IMG/VR virus record: IMGVR_UViG_3300021376_000042
Span: 6,790 to 70,789 of that record
Reading direction: 5' to 3' (one strand)
DNA length: 64,000 nt
Origin: a virus
Part shown: positions 28,801 through 39,286 of the stretch, in pieces
Position numbering within the stretch: position 1 is the first letter of the stretch
Layout of the letters: every line of letters starts with the position of its first letter
Translations under genes and position numbers: made by a program
The notes under the pieces: model-generated
The model's input: the letters and a program-made list of their open reading frames with translations, nothing else
What the model was told of the DNA's origin: nothing
Databases searched by the model: none

Positions 28801-29130
28801 ACTGGTAACACTGTTGGTGGAAATACAACATACTTTGTTGGAAATGTTGTTGTGGGAAGCCAAGTTAATGTAAATAATGAAGTTAGAACAGTTACTGTAG
28901 TTTCAAATAGCAGTAGTCTAACTGTAAATTCTGCATTCACCAACGCTGCAACTAATAAATACATCAATGCCAATAGCGTTCTACTCAAAACTGTATCTTC
29001 AATTTCAGGAAATAGTCTCATTGTAAACACAGCTATCTTTGCGAACGTTACAAATCTGGTATACCAAATAGTACCTGATTATTCAACTTCAGATTACACT
29101 TATAAGATAGTAACTCTTACGTCGGAATAA
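25846..29130 (+). CDS. gp7: Baseplate wedge initiator gp7-like
   Basis: F.RFLE.YY.W, FY.KKGS..S..WLFR.LF, LQD...Y.NFSY, HPAG; after gp6. Confidence 0.78.
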   Translation: MSAAEKIVSAFIPSQLPDFIKADNPKFKRFLELYYQWLEQNNPDGISNTAGNTIYHATQISSYRDIDDTPSEFIKYFRDELLPYVPENASLDIRKILKSAREFYSKKGSDESVKWLFRALFNEDIELNYPKEQILITSDGKWKKPKAFRITVSETNKTVDVNLLEKRIVTGKNSGATCFVESANRTVDVDSGREIIEIYISNIKRFFENGEFIIINYVDANGVEKVFSEKIIGTLSNIRVDSNIRTDPQQKRRGLLYNVGDPVVITGGLALTAEAEDAIAIVGNVTIGSIEEVNVVFPGYGYRVYPPNTEVLVLRSIGDDPAANLSTDLRLQALNLSSVSSNSQRTFTENITYSKTVIEFAKDYDIGNANIAVFTLNTKNALLNVTEDDANDDFNNYEQIWANGNNFSDALFTAKIATPNGGDGGPFGSGGAAYTGGLIIYDIANTGALSTVLTGASIYTKNTSKEFVFNSITTYPLPANANAKLIQFFDYETVETGGVALISVINGGFGFRSEPLLDVVSHYDTNLSDNYDYEIEAERNNKRQYWQTFKDLGQVAHVYINNPGIGYSNSDTISFVGRGYGGNASITVNGSGSIINVSILDRGEGHTVRPNCQITTAGGTGASLTAFLFGDGFDYTIETNAIGRVQNLRLLYRGFDYTAVPNTSLKVVDTVITAIPENEGFVEQEYVYQGASFAASTFRANVKSYTRSTNVLRLYDYSGTINTTVPIISANGVTCNVNTSAHVPAPAQYPAAAIASGLVNPMYYGNGRAKANAQFANGLIEFNGFYLNSDGFPSSDKRLQDDTIYHNFSYIVQSEKSLSEFEIPLRNIAHPAGLELLARTVLKSSSSTEAISKSNVDLILPINTASTIVVSNTFSNVVTGTNTAFLVASYKANVGDMFILVDNTNILRTQSKIITAVDSNTSLNVAGDFIYVGQGKLKTNTGNTHFEISSNVNAVSDFVATGDQVRVNITNVQLAGTVNVSGTIITGNTVGGNTTYFVGNVVVGSQVNVNNEVRTVTVVSNSSSLTVNSAFTNAATNKYINANSVLLKTVSSISGNSLIVNTAIFANVTNLVYQIVPDYSTSDYTYKIVTLTSE

Positions 29131-29133
29131 AAC

Positions 29134-31152
29134 ATGAAATCTAGCATCACACCATTATTTGCAAAATTTACAGCTGATGATGTAAAGGATCATTTCTCAG
29201 AACATTCTAATGTTTTTATTGGAATTGGTAGATCAGCAGCATTCGGAAACACTTCTTCTAATGTTGATGATGTTGTTTTCACGACAAATAAAATAAATGA
29301 GCTCTACAGCAATTTAGTTGGAATTAAGAAAATTGCTGCATCTGATATGCAAGTTGTTTTAGCCCGTCGAGATTGGGTTTCTGGCATTGCATATGATGCA
29401 TATAAAGATGATATTGAACTTTACAATTACAACAAATCTACAAACATTGGTACTGCTAATGCAAATGCCAATACCGTTTTAACTGGCAATGCTAATATTG
29501 CAGCATCAAATGTGTTGGTGGGTAATGGCACATCATTCTCCACATTTATTTTTCCTGGCGATCAAATTGCAGTAAATTTATCAACGAAGACTGTTGTTTC
29601 TGTAACAAATAATACACATTTAATCGTCAATAGCGCTTTTGCAAATACTAATACAGTTGCAACAATTACGCTCATTGGGAATAGTACAACTGTCGTTGGA
29701 AATTCTGCCGCATTTAACTCTACGCTTTCGCCTGGAAATACAATCGTTATTGGAAATGATACTCGAGAAGTTGTTTCATTAAGAAGCAATAAAGTTATTT
29801 CCTTAAACACCAGTTTAACATACTCAAATTCTAATGTTTCAGTGTTTAGAAAAGATAATACTTTCCCACTATATGCTAATAATTTTTATGTTAGAAATAG
29901 CAGAGATCAAGTATTTAAATGTTTATACAATAATAATTCTGCAACTTCAACAGTAGAACCCACAATTGATATTGATGGTCAATTGCCAGAAAATGCATTT
30001 ATTTTGACTGGCGATGGATATAAGTGGAAATATTTGTATACAATTCCACCTGGTTTAAAACAAAAATTCTTTACAGATATTTTGATGCCAGTAGCAAATG
30101 ATGCTGCAGTAATCGCCGCTTCTGAGTCAGGACGCATAGACATTATTAATGTTCTTTGGGGTGGATCTGGGTATTTGAGCGGTGGCAATAGTAACACATC
30201 GACTATTCTTTCTGTCACAAATACAGATGGCGCTAATGCTAATTTGGTGGCTAAAGTCTCAAATGGCGAGATTGTGTCTGTATCTATTTTAACTGGCGGA
30301 AATAATTATACCAAAGGAACTGTAACTGCAGTTGATACATCAAGGCTTGGAAATACAACCATAGGTGGTACTGTTAACGCCAGTGGTTTAATTATACTTG
30401 CAAATGTTGCTAATACGTCTAATCAGGCATTTACTGGTAATGTGTATAAAAACGATCTCATTACTATTTCGGGTCAAACGAGAAACGTCGTTACAGTTGA
30501 TAGTGCAACACAAATAACAGTAAATACTGCATTTACAGGAACACTAAACACCGCTATCGCTACAATTCAGCGTTCCGATGCAGTCTTTGATATCGAATTT
30601 TCATCACCAGGCGGTCATGGCAGTTTCCCAGCTGAGGAGCTTGGAGCGCGTAGTTTGATGATAACTGTAGAATTAGAGGGCGAAGAAACTACTGCTAATC
30701 CAACTATTCCCCTTTCAGATAATTTAAATACTTTTGATTTTAATCAAATTTCTTTAATACAAGACCCATTGGTTGCAAATGGGGCTTATGCAGCGAATTT
30801 GACCAATTATCGAGTTACAGATAGACTTTTCTTGAGTGATCCAGGTACTACAAATTTTATCGATGATGAAACAGTATTCATTGGAACCTCTTTGGCAACA
30901 GCCACAATGGTTGCAAATGTGGCTCACTGGGACTCAGCCGATAATTATCTCGATATAAATAATATAACTGGAACATACTCTCCATCCCAATTAATCAGAG
31001 GGGCTGATTCTGGTGCAATTACCACAATATTGGAAATTTCAGAATCACAAATTAAGAAGTTTACGGGTGACGTACTCTATATAAGTAACCGTAAAAATGT
31101 AACACGCAACGAAAATCAAGTAGAACAAGTAAAAGTTGTTTTAACATTCTAG
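29134..31152 (+). CDS. gp8: Baseplate wedge gp8
   Basis: R.DW.SG..Y..Y, VFKCLYN, DGYKWKYLYTI, GGHG...EELG, GD.LYI.NR...R..Q.E..K.V..F. Confidence 0.85.
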   Translation: MKSSITPLFAKFTADDVKDHFSEHSNVFIGIGRSAAFGNTSSNVDDVVFTTNKINELYSNLVGIKKIAASDMQVVLARRDWVSGIAYDAYKDDIELYNYNKSTNIGTANANANTVLTGNANIAASNVLVGNGTSFSTFIFPGDQIAVNLSTKTVVSVTNNTHLIVNSAFANTNTVATITLIGNSTTVVGNSAAFNSTLSPGNTIVIGNDTREVVSLRSNKVISLNTSLTYSNSNVSVFRKDNTFPLYANNFYVRNSRDQVFKCLYNNNSATSTVEPTIDIDGQLPENAFILTGDGYKWKYLYTIPPGLKQKFFTDILMPVANDAAVIAASESGRIDIINVLWGGSGYLSGGNSNTSTILSVTNTDGANANLVAKVSNGEIVSVSILTGGNNYTKGTVTAVDTSRLGNTTIGGTVNASGLIILANVANTSNQAFTGNVYKNDLITISGQTRNVVTVDSATQITVNTAFTGTLNTAIATIQRSDAVFDIEFSSPGGHGSFPAEELGARSLMITVELEGEETTANPTIPLSDNLNTFDFNQISLIQDPLVANGAYAANLTNYRVTDRLFLSDPGTTNFIDDETVFIGTSLATATMVANVAHWDSADNYLDINNITGTYSPSQLIRGADSGAITTILEISESQIKKFTGDVLYISNRKNVTRNENQVEQVKVVLTF

Positions 31153-31162
31153 GTAGAAAAAC

Positions 31163-34100
31163 ATGGAATTTAATGTTGATCCGTATTATGATGATTTTGA
31201 GCAAAATGCTAAAGATAATAACTATATGCGCATTATGTTCAAACCTGGAAAGGCTGTACAGGCACGTGAACTTACGCAAATTCAATCTATTCTACAGAAT
31301 CAAATCAAACAATTCGGCGATCATATCTTTCAAGATGGATCACCAGTTATTGGTGGAAACTTAACTCTAGATAATAAAGTAAAGTACATTAAACTACTTG
31401 AGACGTATAATAATCAAGATATTGAAGTTACAAATTTTGTTGGCACAATTATTAGAAATAGCACTGGAACGATTCAGGCTAAAGTTCTAGCAACATATTT
31501 CCCTGTTGATGGTATACCAACTCTTATGGTAAAATACCTAACAGGAAATGAGTTTACAGACGGCGATGTCGTCAGAATCATCAATTCTACAACAGAAGCA
31601 CAATTAGTTGCATCAAATGCTACTGGTACTGGTACAGTTGTGTCCATTAACGAAGGTGTGTTCTATGTTGATGGTTATTTCGTGCAAGTTAATGATCAAA
31701 CTGCAGTTGCATCTGCGTATGGTACATCAGCAAACGTAAAAGTTGGATTAGAAATAAGCGAGAATATCGTTGACAGCGAAATTGATGCAACTTTATTAGA
31801 TCCAGCACAAGGATCATTTAACTTCCAAGCTCCTGGCGCCGATCGTTATCAATTTAATTTAACATTATCAACAAGACCATTAGATACGCAAGTTGACGAA
31901 TCTAAGTTTTTTGAATTGATGAGATTAGAAAATGGCAGTATTACAAAACAAGTAAAATATCCTGTTTATGCCGAACTAGAAAAAACATTAGCTCGTAGAA
32001 CATTTGATGAATCTGGCGACTACACTGTTCTTCCATTCCGCGCATCAGTTACAGATAGCGCAAGCGGAAATAATTATATTATTGCAATTGAACCAGGTAA
32101 GGCATATGTAAAAGGTTTTGAATTTGAAACATTAGCAACTCTGAAATTAGAAGCAGAAAAACCAAGAAGCGCTTCTGATATCAAAGCACTTGTTGATACA
32201 GATGTTGATTTATCTTACGGTAATTACATATATGTAACTTCTGTTCGCGGAACAAGTAATGGATTCATAAACATTGCTGGTTTAGAAAAAGTAGACATTC
32301 ATTTGGCGCAAACCAATAATGTTACTGCAACTGGCACTCATTCCGGAACTGCAAATGCATTCTTCTATGCTAACACCAGAATTGGTACAGCACGAGTTAG
32401 AAACTTTATTCGTTATACCCCAGATTCTTTTGGAGTTGATGCTTCAAATGTTGACTCAAATGGCGTCTATAAAGTTTATCTCACAGATATCGATATTGAA
32501 CCATTAACAGTAAAAGTTAATATTGCATCTTCAAATGCAAACACATTACGATTCAATGACAAAATGTCTCCGAATACGAATGTCTATAGTAATGTTTCAA
32601 TCACAGTTTTACCAATTCGACTTGATGCGATTGCTAATGTTAACACAGCAAATGTGTTTATTAACTCTTATCGTTTAAATGCCAACTCAGCAGTTGCCAA
32701 CGTCTTTAACTCCAATGTAAATGTTGGTAGTGTAATTCATGTTGGTAACATGATTAGACAAGTTGTTTCTGTAAATACAACTGGCGATTTTCTTACTGTT
32801 AATACTGCATGGGATAGAACAATTGAAGCAACCAACAATTTATCCAATCCATTAGAAGTTTATATTCAAACACCATATCTTCAAAACGTCTCCTCTCAAA
32901 CTAGAACTATTGAAAGATATGATGGTCCTACTAGAACATTATTTCTAGATTCACCATTTAATAATAATGGTATTGCAGATGCTAATAGCGTTATTTCGTT
33001 CAACTATAATTTTGAGCATGCTGAGTCTTTGGTAGCAGGTCCAGCTGTTGGAAATAATTTGGCAAAAGTTGCAAATGCATCAATGAATGTTGCATTGAAT
33101 TCAAAATATTTGGGTGGTGAAACTGCCGTAGAAGAAAGAATAAAAAATGGATTAATCTTTAAATTACCAGGTAATTATATTAAACGTTCTTCTATTAATA
33201 ATGCAGATTACAACTCAACAAAATTTTTCTCAAACAGATCAAATAATGGAACAGCAGGTGTATTTGCTATTGCGCAAGGTTCAGGACTCGAATCTTATGA
33301 AACCATTCCTTGGACGGATTCAACAAGCGCAATTCAAGATAATTTAATTTTAATTGTTAGAAATAATAACGGAAACACATATTTCCCTAATGGATCCATC
33401 GTACAATTAACTTCTGCTAATATTGCGATTGGTTCTCCTGCTATCTCATTAACTGTTAATACAAATGTTCCTGATATAATCAGCGCTGATTTAATAGTAA
33501 ATGTTAAGCAAAATGATGCAGAAGATTCTATTCGTAATAAGAATTTTATTTCAAATACAACATTTTCTGCAACGTCAAGTTCATTTACTTACCCAACAGC
33601 GATAAACGGAAATACAACAGTTACATTACCAGGTTATGGAATTGTTGCAAATATTAATGTTTCTCATGGATTTATTTTCTTAACTGATGCAACTTATAAT
33701 AGTGTGCGCCCAGGAGATTCTATTGGTCTATTTGTGCCAGATGTTGTAAAAGTTAATAGAATATTGAAGGGTAACACAACGCATCTGCCAGATGCAAATA
33801 ATTACACAGATATTACTGATCAATTTTATTGCGATTTCGGTCAACGCGATGATATGTATGATCATGCTAAATTGGTTTTAAAAGAGGGATATAATGTTGC
33901 TAATGCGAAGATGTTGGTTCATGTTGATTTTTATCAACATGTTTATAACTCATCCAATACATCATTCTTCTCAATAGACTCATATTCGTTGTCTCAATAT
34001 GAAAATGGGCTTATACCAATTTATGTTTCTCAAGCAGGGCAATTTTTTAATTTACGCGACTGTTTAGACTTCAGACCAACAAGACAACTTGGTAGCGGAA

Positions 34101-36049
34101 CAGGTGCATTTCAAAACCCAAACATAGCTGCGCCAGATGAGATTACTGAACTTTCGCTAGAATATTATCTACCTAGAATCGATAAATTAGTTCTTTCTAA
34201 AGATAAAGAATTTAGAATAGTAAAAGGTCGCTCATCACCACAACCTGTTGCTCCAGCAGATCTAGATGATGCAATGACACTTTATACTATTTCATTGCCG
34301 CCATATGTTTCAAATATCAAAGAAATTAAACTAAAATATAAAGACAATAGAAGATATACTATGAGGGATATCGCTTCTATTGATAAACGTCTGCAAAAAG
34401 TTGAATTTTTTACATCATTGAACAATGTTGAGAATCTAGCGCTAGCAGATCAAACTGAATATGAGGACGGTACAAAGAAAGAAAAATATGGTCTCATCGG
34501 CGAAAATTTCAGGAATTTTAATATTGCTGATTTTAGAAATGTTGACTTTAGAGTTTCATTGAATAATGGATTTATGTTACCTGCAGTAGCATCATACCCC
34601 GTTGGATTGCAGAATATTGGTAATTCATCCACAAAATTAAACAAACGCACTGTCAGCTTAAATTACACAGAAACACCTGCAATTACACAAGGTTTGTGTT
34701 CCGATAAAGCAGTCTCTATTCAACCATTTTTGTTTGGACAATTTAATGGTGTTGTTTCTATTGTTCCAGAAAGTGATTATTGGGTAAACGAGCAACTTAA
34801 ACCAGAAATTATTAGTGTTCCAGAAAGAATTATTGAACATCATCACTTTACAAGAGAAGTTGTCAGAGAACCTCCAGCCCCAGTAACAATTCAAAACATT
34901 GTGCAAACGACCAATGTTACGAATCAATATATTACTACACCAGGCACAAATCCACCTGTACAAAATGTCATTTACAACGTCGTGGTAAATAATCCTCCTC
35001 CGCCACCAATTATTGTGCCCCAACCGCAACCACCAGAGCCACCAATACATACTTCGCAACCCGAGCCATGGCCAGAACCGAGGTGGGATGAGCCACCACC
35101 ATGCCCAGCACCATGGATGAATGTTACACTTTCTGATGGAACAGAAATAAGTGCAGGTGAATTAAAAGTTGGGATGTTTGTGAGTACAATGCACGAAAAT
35201 ACTCTCGAATGGGGTAAACATGAAGTCACACACGTAGAATCAATACAAGATATTGAACGTGTAGAAATTGAATTCGATCATGTGAATTTTGTTTGCTCAA
35301 AAGATCACAAGTTCTATGTAAATAATGAGTGGGTGGAAGTTTATAACTTAAAAGCTGGTGATGTTGTTTACAGTCAGCCAGAAAGTTATGAAATTAAATC
35401 TATCAAATCTTATGCAACTGGTGAAGTTGTAAGAATCACCGTGAATGATGCGCATACTTATATTTGTGAGGGATTATTGTCACATAATAAAATGCCAGCA
35501 TTCCCACCTCCAGAATTTTTACCACCTGATCCTCCTCCTCCACCACCACCTCCACCTGTAAATCCTCCGATTCCAGAACCACCACCGATTGTGTATCCAC
35601 CGCCATTGGATCCACCAATTCCGCCTTACATACCACCACCAGTTGAGGAATTACCTCTGCCACCAGTGGTATTACCAGCTCCACCTCCAACTGAACCGAG
35701 TACTCCTCCACCATATAAACCAGTGATCGAAATACCATGGATTATACCGCCAATTACACCAGTCACATTTGGTGGGTTTGATGGCAGCAATTTCTATCCA
35801 ATAATTATGCCACCATATGATGCACCAACGGCGGCGTTACTGGAGTTGTGGTCAGTGCCACCAGATATTCCAATCTTCACACAACCAATCACTCTTGGTC
35901 CAGCACCTTTGAATGAGATTGATTATTCACAACCTGTCATCGATATTTCTGATGTTGCTCGCGATGATTACGTTGGCGGTGGCGGTGGTGGTGGCAGCGG
36001 TGGGCGCGGTGATTTCGATTTTGGTATGTTCGAATATGCTGTACATTAA
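31163..36049 (+). CDS. VrlC/DUF4815-like large virion protein, N-terminal part, carrying a Hint domain between proline-rich linkers
   Basis: FNV.PYYDDF, F.PG.AVQARELTQ.QSILQNQ, LARRT.DESGDY, YYLPRID, RYTMRDI. Confidence 0.8.
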   Translation: MEFNVDPYYDDFEQNAKDNNYMRIMFKPGKAVQARELTQIQSILQNQIKQFGDHIFQDGSPVIGGNLTLDNKVKYIKLLETYNNQDIEVTNFVGTIIRNSTGTIQAKVLATYFPVDGIPTLMVKYLTGNEFTDGDVVRIINSTTEAQLVASNATGTGTVVSINEGVFYVDGYFVQVNDQTAVASAYGTSANVKVGLEISENIVDSEIDATLLDPAQGSFNFQAPGADRYQFNLTLSTRPLDTQVDESKFFELMRLENGSITKQVKYPVYAELEKTLARRTFDESGDYTVLPFRASVTDSASGNNYIIAIEPGKAYVKGFEFETLATLKLEAEKPRSASDIKALVDTDVDLSYGNYIYVTSVRGTSNGFINIAGLEKVDIHLAQTNNVTATGTHSGTANAFFYANTRIGTARVRNFIRYTPDSFGVDASNVDSNGVYKVYLTDIDIEPLTVKVNIASSNANTLRFNDKMSPNTNVYSNVSITVLPIRLDAIANVNTANVFINSYRLNANSAVANVFNSNVNVGSVIHVGNMIRQVVSVNTTGDFLTVNTAWDRTIEATNNLSNPLEVYIQTPYLQNVSSQTRTIERYDGPTRTLFLDSPFNNNGIADANSVISFNYNFEHAESLVAGPAVGNNLAKVANASMNVALNSKYLGGETAVEERIKNGLIFKLPGNYIKRSSINNADYNSTKFFSNRSNNGTAGVFAIAQGSGLESYETIPWTDSTSAIQDNLILIVRNNNGNTYFPNGSIVQLTSANIAIGSPAISLTVNTNVPDIISADLIVNVKQNDAEDSIRNKNFISNTTFSATSSSFTYPTAINGNTTVTLPGYGIVANINVSHGFIFLTDATYNSVRPGDSIGLFVPDVVKVNRILKGNTTHLPDANNYTDITDQFYCDFGQRDDMYDHAKLVLKEGYNVANAKMLVHVDFYQHVYNSSNTSFFSIDSYSLSQYENGLIPIYVSQAGQFFNLRDCLDFRPTRQLGSGTGAFQNPNIAAPDEITELSLEYYLPRIDKLVLSKDKEFRIVKGRSSPQPVAPADLDDAMTLYTISLPPYVSNIKEIKLKYKDNRRYTMRDIASIDKRLQKVEFFTSLNNVENLALADQTEYEDGTKKEKYGLIGENFRNFNIADFRNVDFRVSLNNGFMLPAVASYPVGLQNIGNSSTKLNKRTVSLNYTETPAITQGLCSDKAVSIQPFLFGQFNGVVSIVPESDYWVNEQLKPEIISVPERIIEHHHFTREVVREPPAPVTIQNIVQTTNVTNQYITTPGTNPPVQNVIYNVVVNNPPPPPIIVPQPQPPEPPIHTSQPEPWPEPRWDEPPPCPAPWMNVTLSDGTEISAGELKVGMFVSTMHENTLEWGKHEVTHVESIQDIERVEIEFDHVNFVCSKDHKFYVNNEWVEVYNLKAGDVVYSQPESYEIKSIKSYATGEVVRITVNDAHTYICEGLLSHNKMPAFPPPEFLPPDPPPPPPPPPVNPPIPEPPPIVYPPPLDPPIPPYIPPPVEELPLPPVVLPAPPPTEPSTPPPYKPVIEIPWIIPPITPVTFGGFDGSNFYPIIMPPYDAPTAALLELWSVPPDIPIFTQPITLGPAPLNEIDYSQPVIDISDVARDDYVGGGGGGGSGGRGDFDFGMFEYAVH
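35102..35488 (+). other. Hint (intein-like, BIL-type) autoprocessing domain
   Basis: C1 (CPAPW..V.LSDG...AGELKVG), block B CS.DHKF, W.....LKAGD, ITV..AHTY...G.LSHN; +1 residue is Lys. Confidence 0.85.
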
Positions 36050-36071
36050 AGATTAATTAGGATAAAAAGAT

Positions 36072-39000
36072 ATGCCTACGACTAATTTCGGAAAAGTTGT
36101 TGTTGATACAAATATGATCCCATATATTCGATCGAACGAGGTCGAATTTGCAGCGCACAACTTAAAACCATTTAAACTATCTAAATTGTTTTTTGATGAT
36201 ATTGGAATTAATATGTTTTGTCAAGCTGCAAATAGAATGCTTCTTGACTCAAAAAAGGTTATAACTCTTAGCAGAAATAATGCAACTACAGTTACCGCTG
36301 ATGACATAGTTTACCAAGGCACATCTAATACAGTCAATACATTTAATGGTATTGTTGAATCTTTTTATTCTGCCAATTCTACTATAGTTGTTCGTAGATT
36401 AGATGGTGATTTTGATAAAGATGCACAATTGTTTATTGAAAATGTCTCTACAGGTTTCACATATGCTAACTGTAATGTAACATCTTTTGTAAACAAAGAC
36501 ACGTCTGACGTTTTTTATCCTGGAGAAGGGGTTGTTGCAACAGAAAGAAATAATGGTTACGCAACAGTTATTTCAACTTCTGGCGAAAATATTTTATACT
36601 TGAATAAAGATTATATCAGTTTGAATGTCACCGCAGTTGGTGCTAATGTTATAACGTCTATGACTAACGACTTTAAAGTCGGTGATATTGTTTATCAAAC
36701 TTTTGTGGGCGGCGCAAGTGGATCAAAGAGATATGATTATGCAACATTTAGAGGCGTTGTTAAATATTACAACCCACTAGGTGAATCAGGTATGGGATCA
36801 ATTGCAATTGATCCACTACACGGAAAAATTAATGTAAACGCTGCATCTTCTTCTTCAAATGGATTAGCGTATCTATGGAATACATCTAATCCAACTGCGC
36901 AGCCTCTTGGTGTAAAAGCACTTAATCTTGCAGATTTTGCATCAAATTCTAATGTTAGAAGCGTAACCAACTCTACAATTAAAATTAATGTAAGTTCTTA
37001 TGTTCATCGTTCGGGAGTTGGAACAGGAATTCAAGGAGAAAACACTTCTGTCGTAATTTTAAACTCTGGAAGTGGATTAGCACCAGCAAATGGAAATTTG
37101 ATTTACTTTGTTGCTGGATCTGGAATCGGCGAAATTCGTAGAGTAGTTGGTCTTTCAGCTAATAGCGTTCCAGGTGCTTTACAATTAAACAGTGCAATAA
37201 CATTTGTTCCAGACGCAACAACGCATTATTCAATTGGTAATTTTGAAACAGATGCTCATGGTTCATTATCTGGTGTTTATCATATTCCTTCAGTTGCTAA
37301 CTTTAAATTTAAAACTGGCGAACGTATATTTACAATCACAGATACAGATACTGTAGCTGATCCAGATTACACCATGAGAGCAGCTGCAATTTATTCTGCT
37401 GGTGGTATATTGAAATCTACTCAAAGAATTCAAACAACACCTAATTTGCCACCACTACCTGAACTAGATTCTGATGCATTGGTTCGTCCAATGTCGCCAG
37501 CGGATAGAACATATAATAGTTCAGTTAATAAATCTCCAGTTACAGGTTCAACTGCATCAACAACACCAAGAGTTCCGCTTGGTGATGGATTATCTCAAAC
37601 ATTCTCCACACCAAAACCAGAGGGAAACCAAACAGATTATGGTATCTTCGTTTCTTCAGTAGATTTGTTCTTTAAGAATAAACCAGCTCCTGGTGGATTT
37701 TTCAATAACTCAAAATTACAAAAACGAAGTTCAATGCAACTTCCTGTAACAGTTAAAATTGCAGAAGTTCAGAATGGTTACCCAACAAAAAATTATCTTT
37801 CGCAAAAAACCATACAAGCAAAAGATGTGAATGTTTCTGATTTACCAAGCACATCAAACTCTGCAACACTTACAAAATTTACATTTGATGATCCTGTGTA
37901 TCTAGAGCCTTCAAGGGAATATGCAATCACTATTCAATCAGATTCGCCTGATTATGAGCTGTATATTGCTGAATTGGGGCAGGATGTTTTAGGTGCATCT
38001 CCACCAAGAAGAATTTCTGAACAACCATATGCTGGTGTGCTGTTCCGTTCACAAAATTCTTCAACATGGTCGCCATATCAAAATCAAGATTTAATGTTTG
38101 TAATCAATAAAGCAGTATTTGCGTCAAGCGGAACTGCTACTTTTAATCTTGATGAAACACCTATGGCTAACACTGATGTTGATAGAATCATGTTGGTTTC
38201 TACAGACTTAACATTCCCTGCAGCAAATGTTCAATATAGATTAAAAGGTGTATACACATCAAATACTGCATATGAAGCAGGAAGCGGTGTTCCTTTAGTT
38301 CCGCATAAACCTATAGAATATGGGTTGTTGGGCGATGCATCAGGAAAAACTGGTGCAGCATTAAATCGTCGTCGTGTTCTTAGAGGAAATGCAAACAGTT
38401 ATATTCTAACAACAGAATTGTATACATCAAATCCAAATATATCGCCAGTGATTAATTATGATAGACTTGCAGCGCATCTTACAACATTCTACATTAATAA
38501 TGGTGGATTATCGAATACACTAATATCAATTACAAATCAAGGATCTGGTTATAACGCGATTACTAGCACTGCAACAGCAAATGTTCATGGAAGCACGTTA
38601 GATTCATTGAACACATATGCACAATTATATCGTGAAACGTATTTGGCTAACAGCGCAAATATTGGATTTTACAACATTAATGTGTATGGTGGTGGCGGTG
38701 TCGGATGCCTTGGATTCGCAGTAGCGAACACCGAAGGAACTAATACTGTAGACTACATTGTGTTGGCGTCTGGTGGTGGTAGTTTTGTTGAGACGCCGAA
38801 TATTTCTATAGCATCTGGTAATGCTACATCGACCACACAAGCCTATGCAATCATTAATGGCGAGACTGATCAAAGAGGCGGTAATATGATCGCTAGATAT
38901 ATTACGCGAGAAACAGTTCTTGAAGATGGATTTGAATCTGGTGATTTGAGAGTGTTTATGGACGTTATTAGACCTGCTATAACTGATGTGCAAGTTTATT

Positions 39001-39284
39001 ATAAGGTAGTTTCTGCGGATGATGTAGAAACAATTTCAGCAAAAAGATGGCGTCGCATGGGCAAAGTAAATGATGTGTCGTCTAAAGATGGAAGAACATT
39101 GATTGGTTTAGAATTCAGACCATCATTGGTTGAAAATAGAATTTCCTATGTTGAAAATGGAAAAAATTATCCTGTTGGTGGTGTATTTAAATCATTTCAA
39201 ATAAAGGTTTGTTTAATGACTGCAGATCCATCAGTTGTTCCAAAAATTAAAAACCTTCGTATAACTGCAGTTCCTGAGGGTTGA
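36072..39284 (+). CDS. VrlC-like virion protein, C-terminal part
   Basis: IPYIRS, LSQTF, GIF.SSVDLFF, T.FTF..PVYL, LF.SQN.STW, F..FQIK, P.IKNLR..A. Confidence 0.78.
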   Translation: MPTTNFGKVVVDTNMIPYIRSNEVEFAAHNLKPFKLSKLFFDDIGINMFCQAANRMLLDSKKVITLSRNNATTVTADDIVYQGTSNTVNTFNGIVESFYSANSTIVVRRLDGDFDKDAQLFIENVSTGFTYANCNVTSFVNKDTSDVFYPGEGVVATERNNGYATVISTSGENILYLNKDYISLNVTAVGANVITSMTNDFKVGDIVYQTFVGGASGSKRYDYATFRGVVKYYNPLGESGMGSIAIDPLHGKINVNAASSSSNGLAYLWNTSNPTAQPLGVKALNLADFASNSNVRSVTNSTIKINVSSYVHRSGVGTGIQGENTSVVILNSGSGLAPANGNLIYFVAGSGIGEIRRVVGLSANSVPGALQLNSAITFVPDATTHYSIGNFETDAHGSLSGVYHIPSVANFKFKTGERIFTITDTDTVADPDYTMRAAAIYSAGGILKSTQRIQTTPNLPPLPELDSDALVRPMSPADRTYNSSVNKSPVTGSTASTTPRVPLGDGLSQTFSTPKPEGNQTDYGIFVSSVDLFFKNKPAPGGFFNNSKLQKRSSMQLPVTVKIAEVQNGYPTKNYLSQKTIQAKDVNVSDLPSTSNSATLTKFTFDDPVYLEPSREYAITIQSDSPDYELYIAELGQDVLGASPPRRISEQPYAGVLFRSQNSSTWSPYQNQDLMFVINKAVFASSGTATFNLDETPMANTDVDRIMLVSTDLTFPAANVQYRLKGVYTSNTAYEAGSGVPLVPHKPIEYGLLGDASGKTGAALNRRRVLRGNANSYILTTELYTSNPNISPVINYDRLAAHLTTFYINNGGLSNTLISITNQGSGYNAITSTATANVHGSTLDSLNTYAQLYRETYLANSANIGFYNINVYGGGGVGCLGFAVANTEGTNTVDYIVLASGGGSFVETPNISIASGNATSTTQAYAIINGETDQRGGNMIARYITRETVLEDGFESGDLRVFMDVIRPAITDVQVYYKVVSADDVETISAKRWRRMGKVNDVSSKDGRTLIGLEFRPSLVENRISYVENGKNYPVGGVFKSFQIKVCLMTADPSVVPKIKNLRITAVPEG

Positions 39285-39286
39285 TT

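Noticed and set aside
35102-35488. Canonical mobile intein
   Set aside because: No homing endonuclease domain, +1 residue is Lys, and it sits in a low-complexity linker rather than a conserved active site
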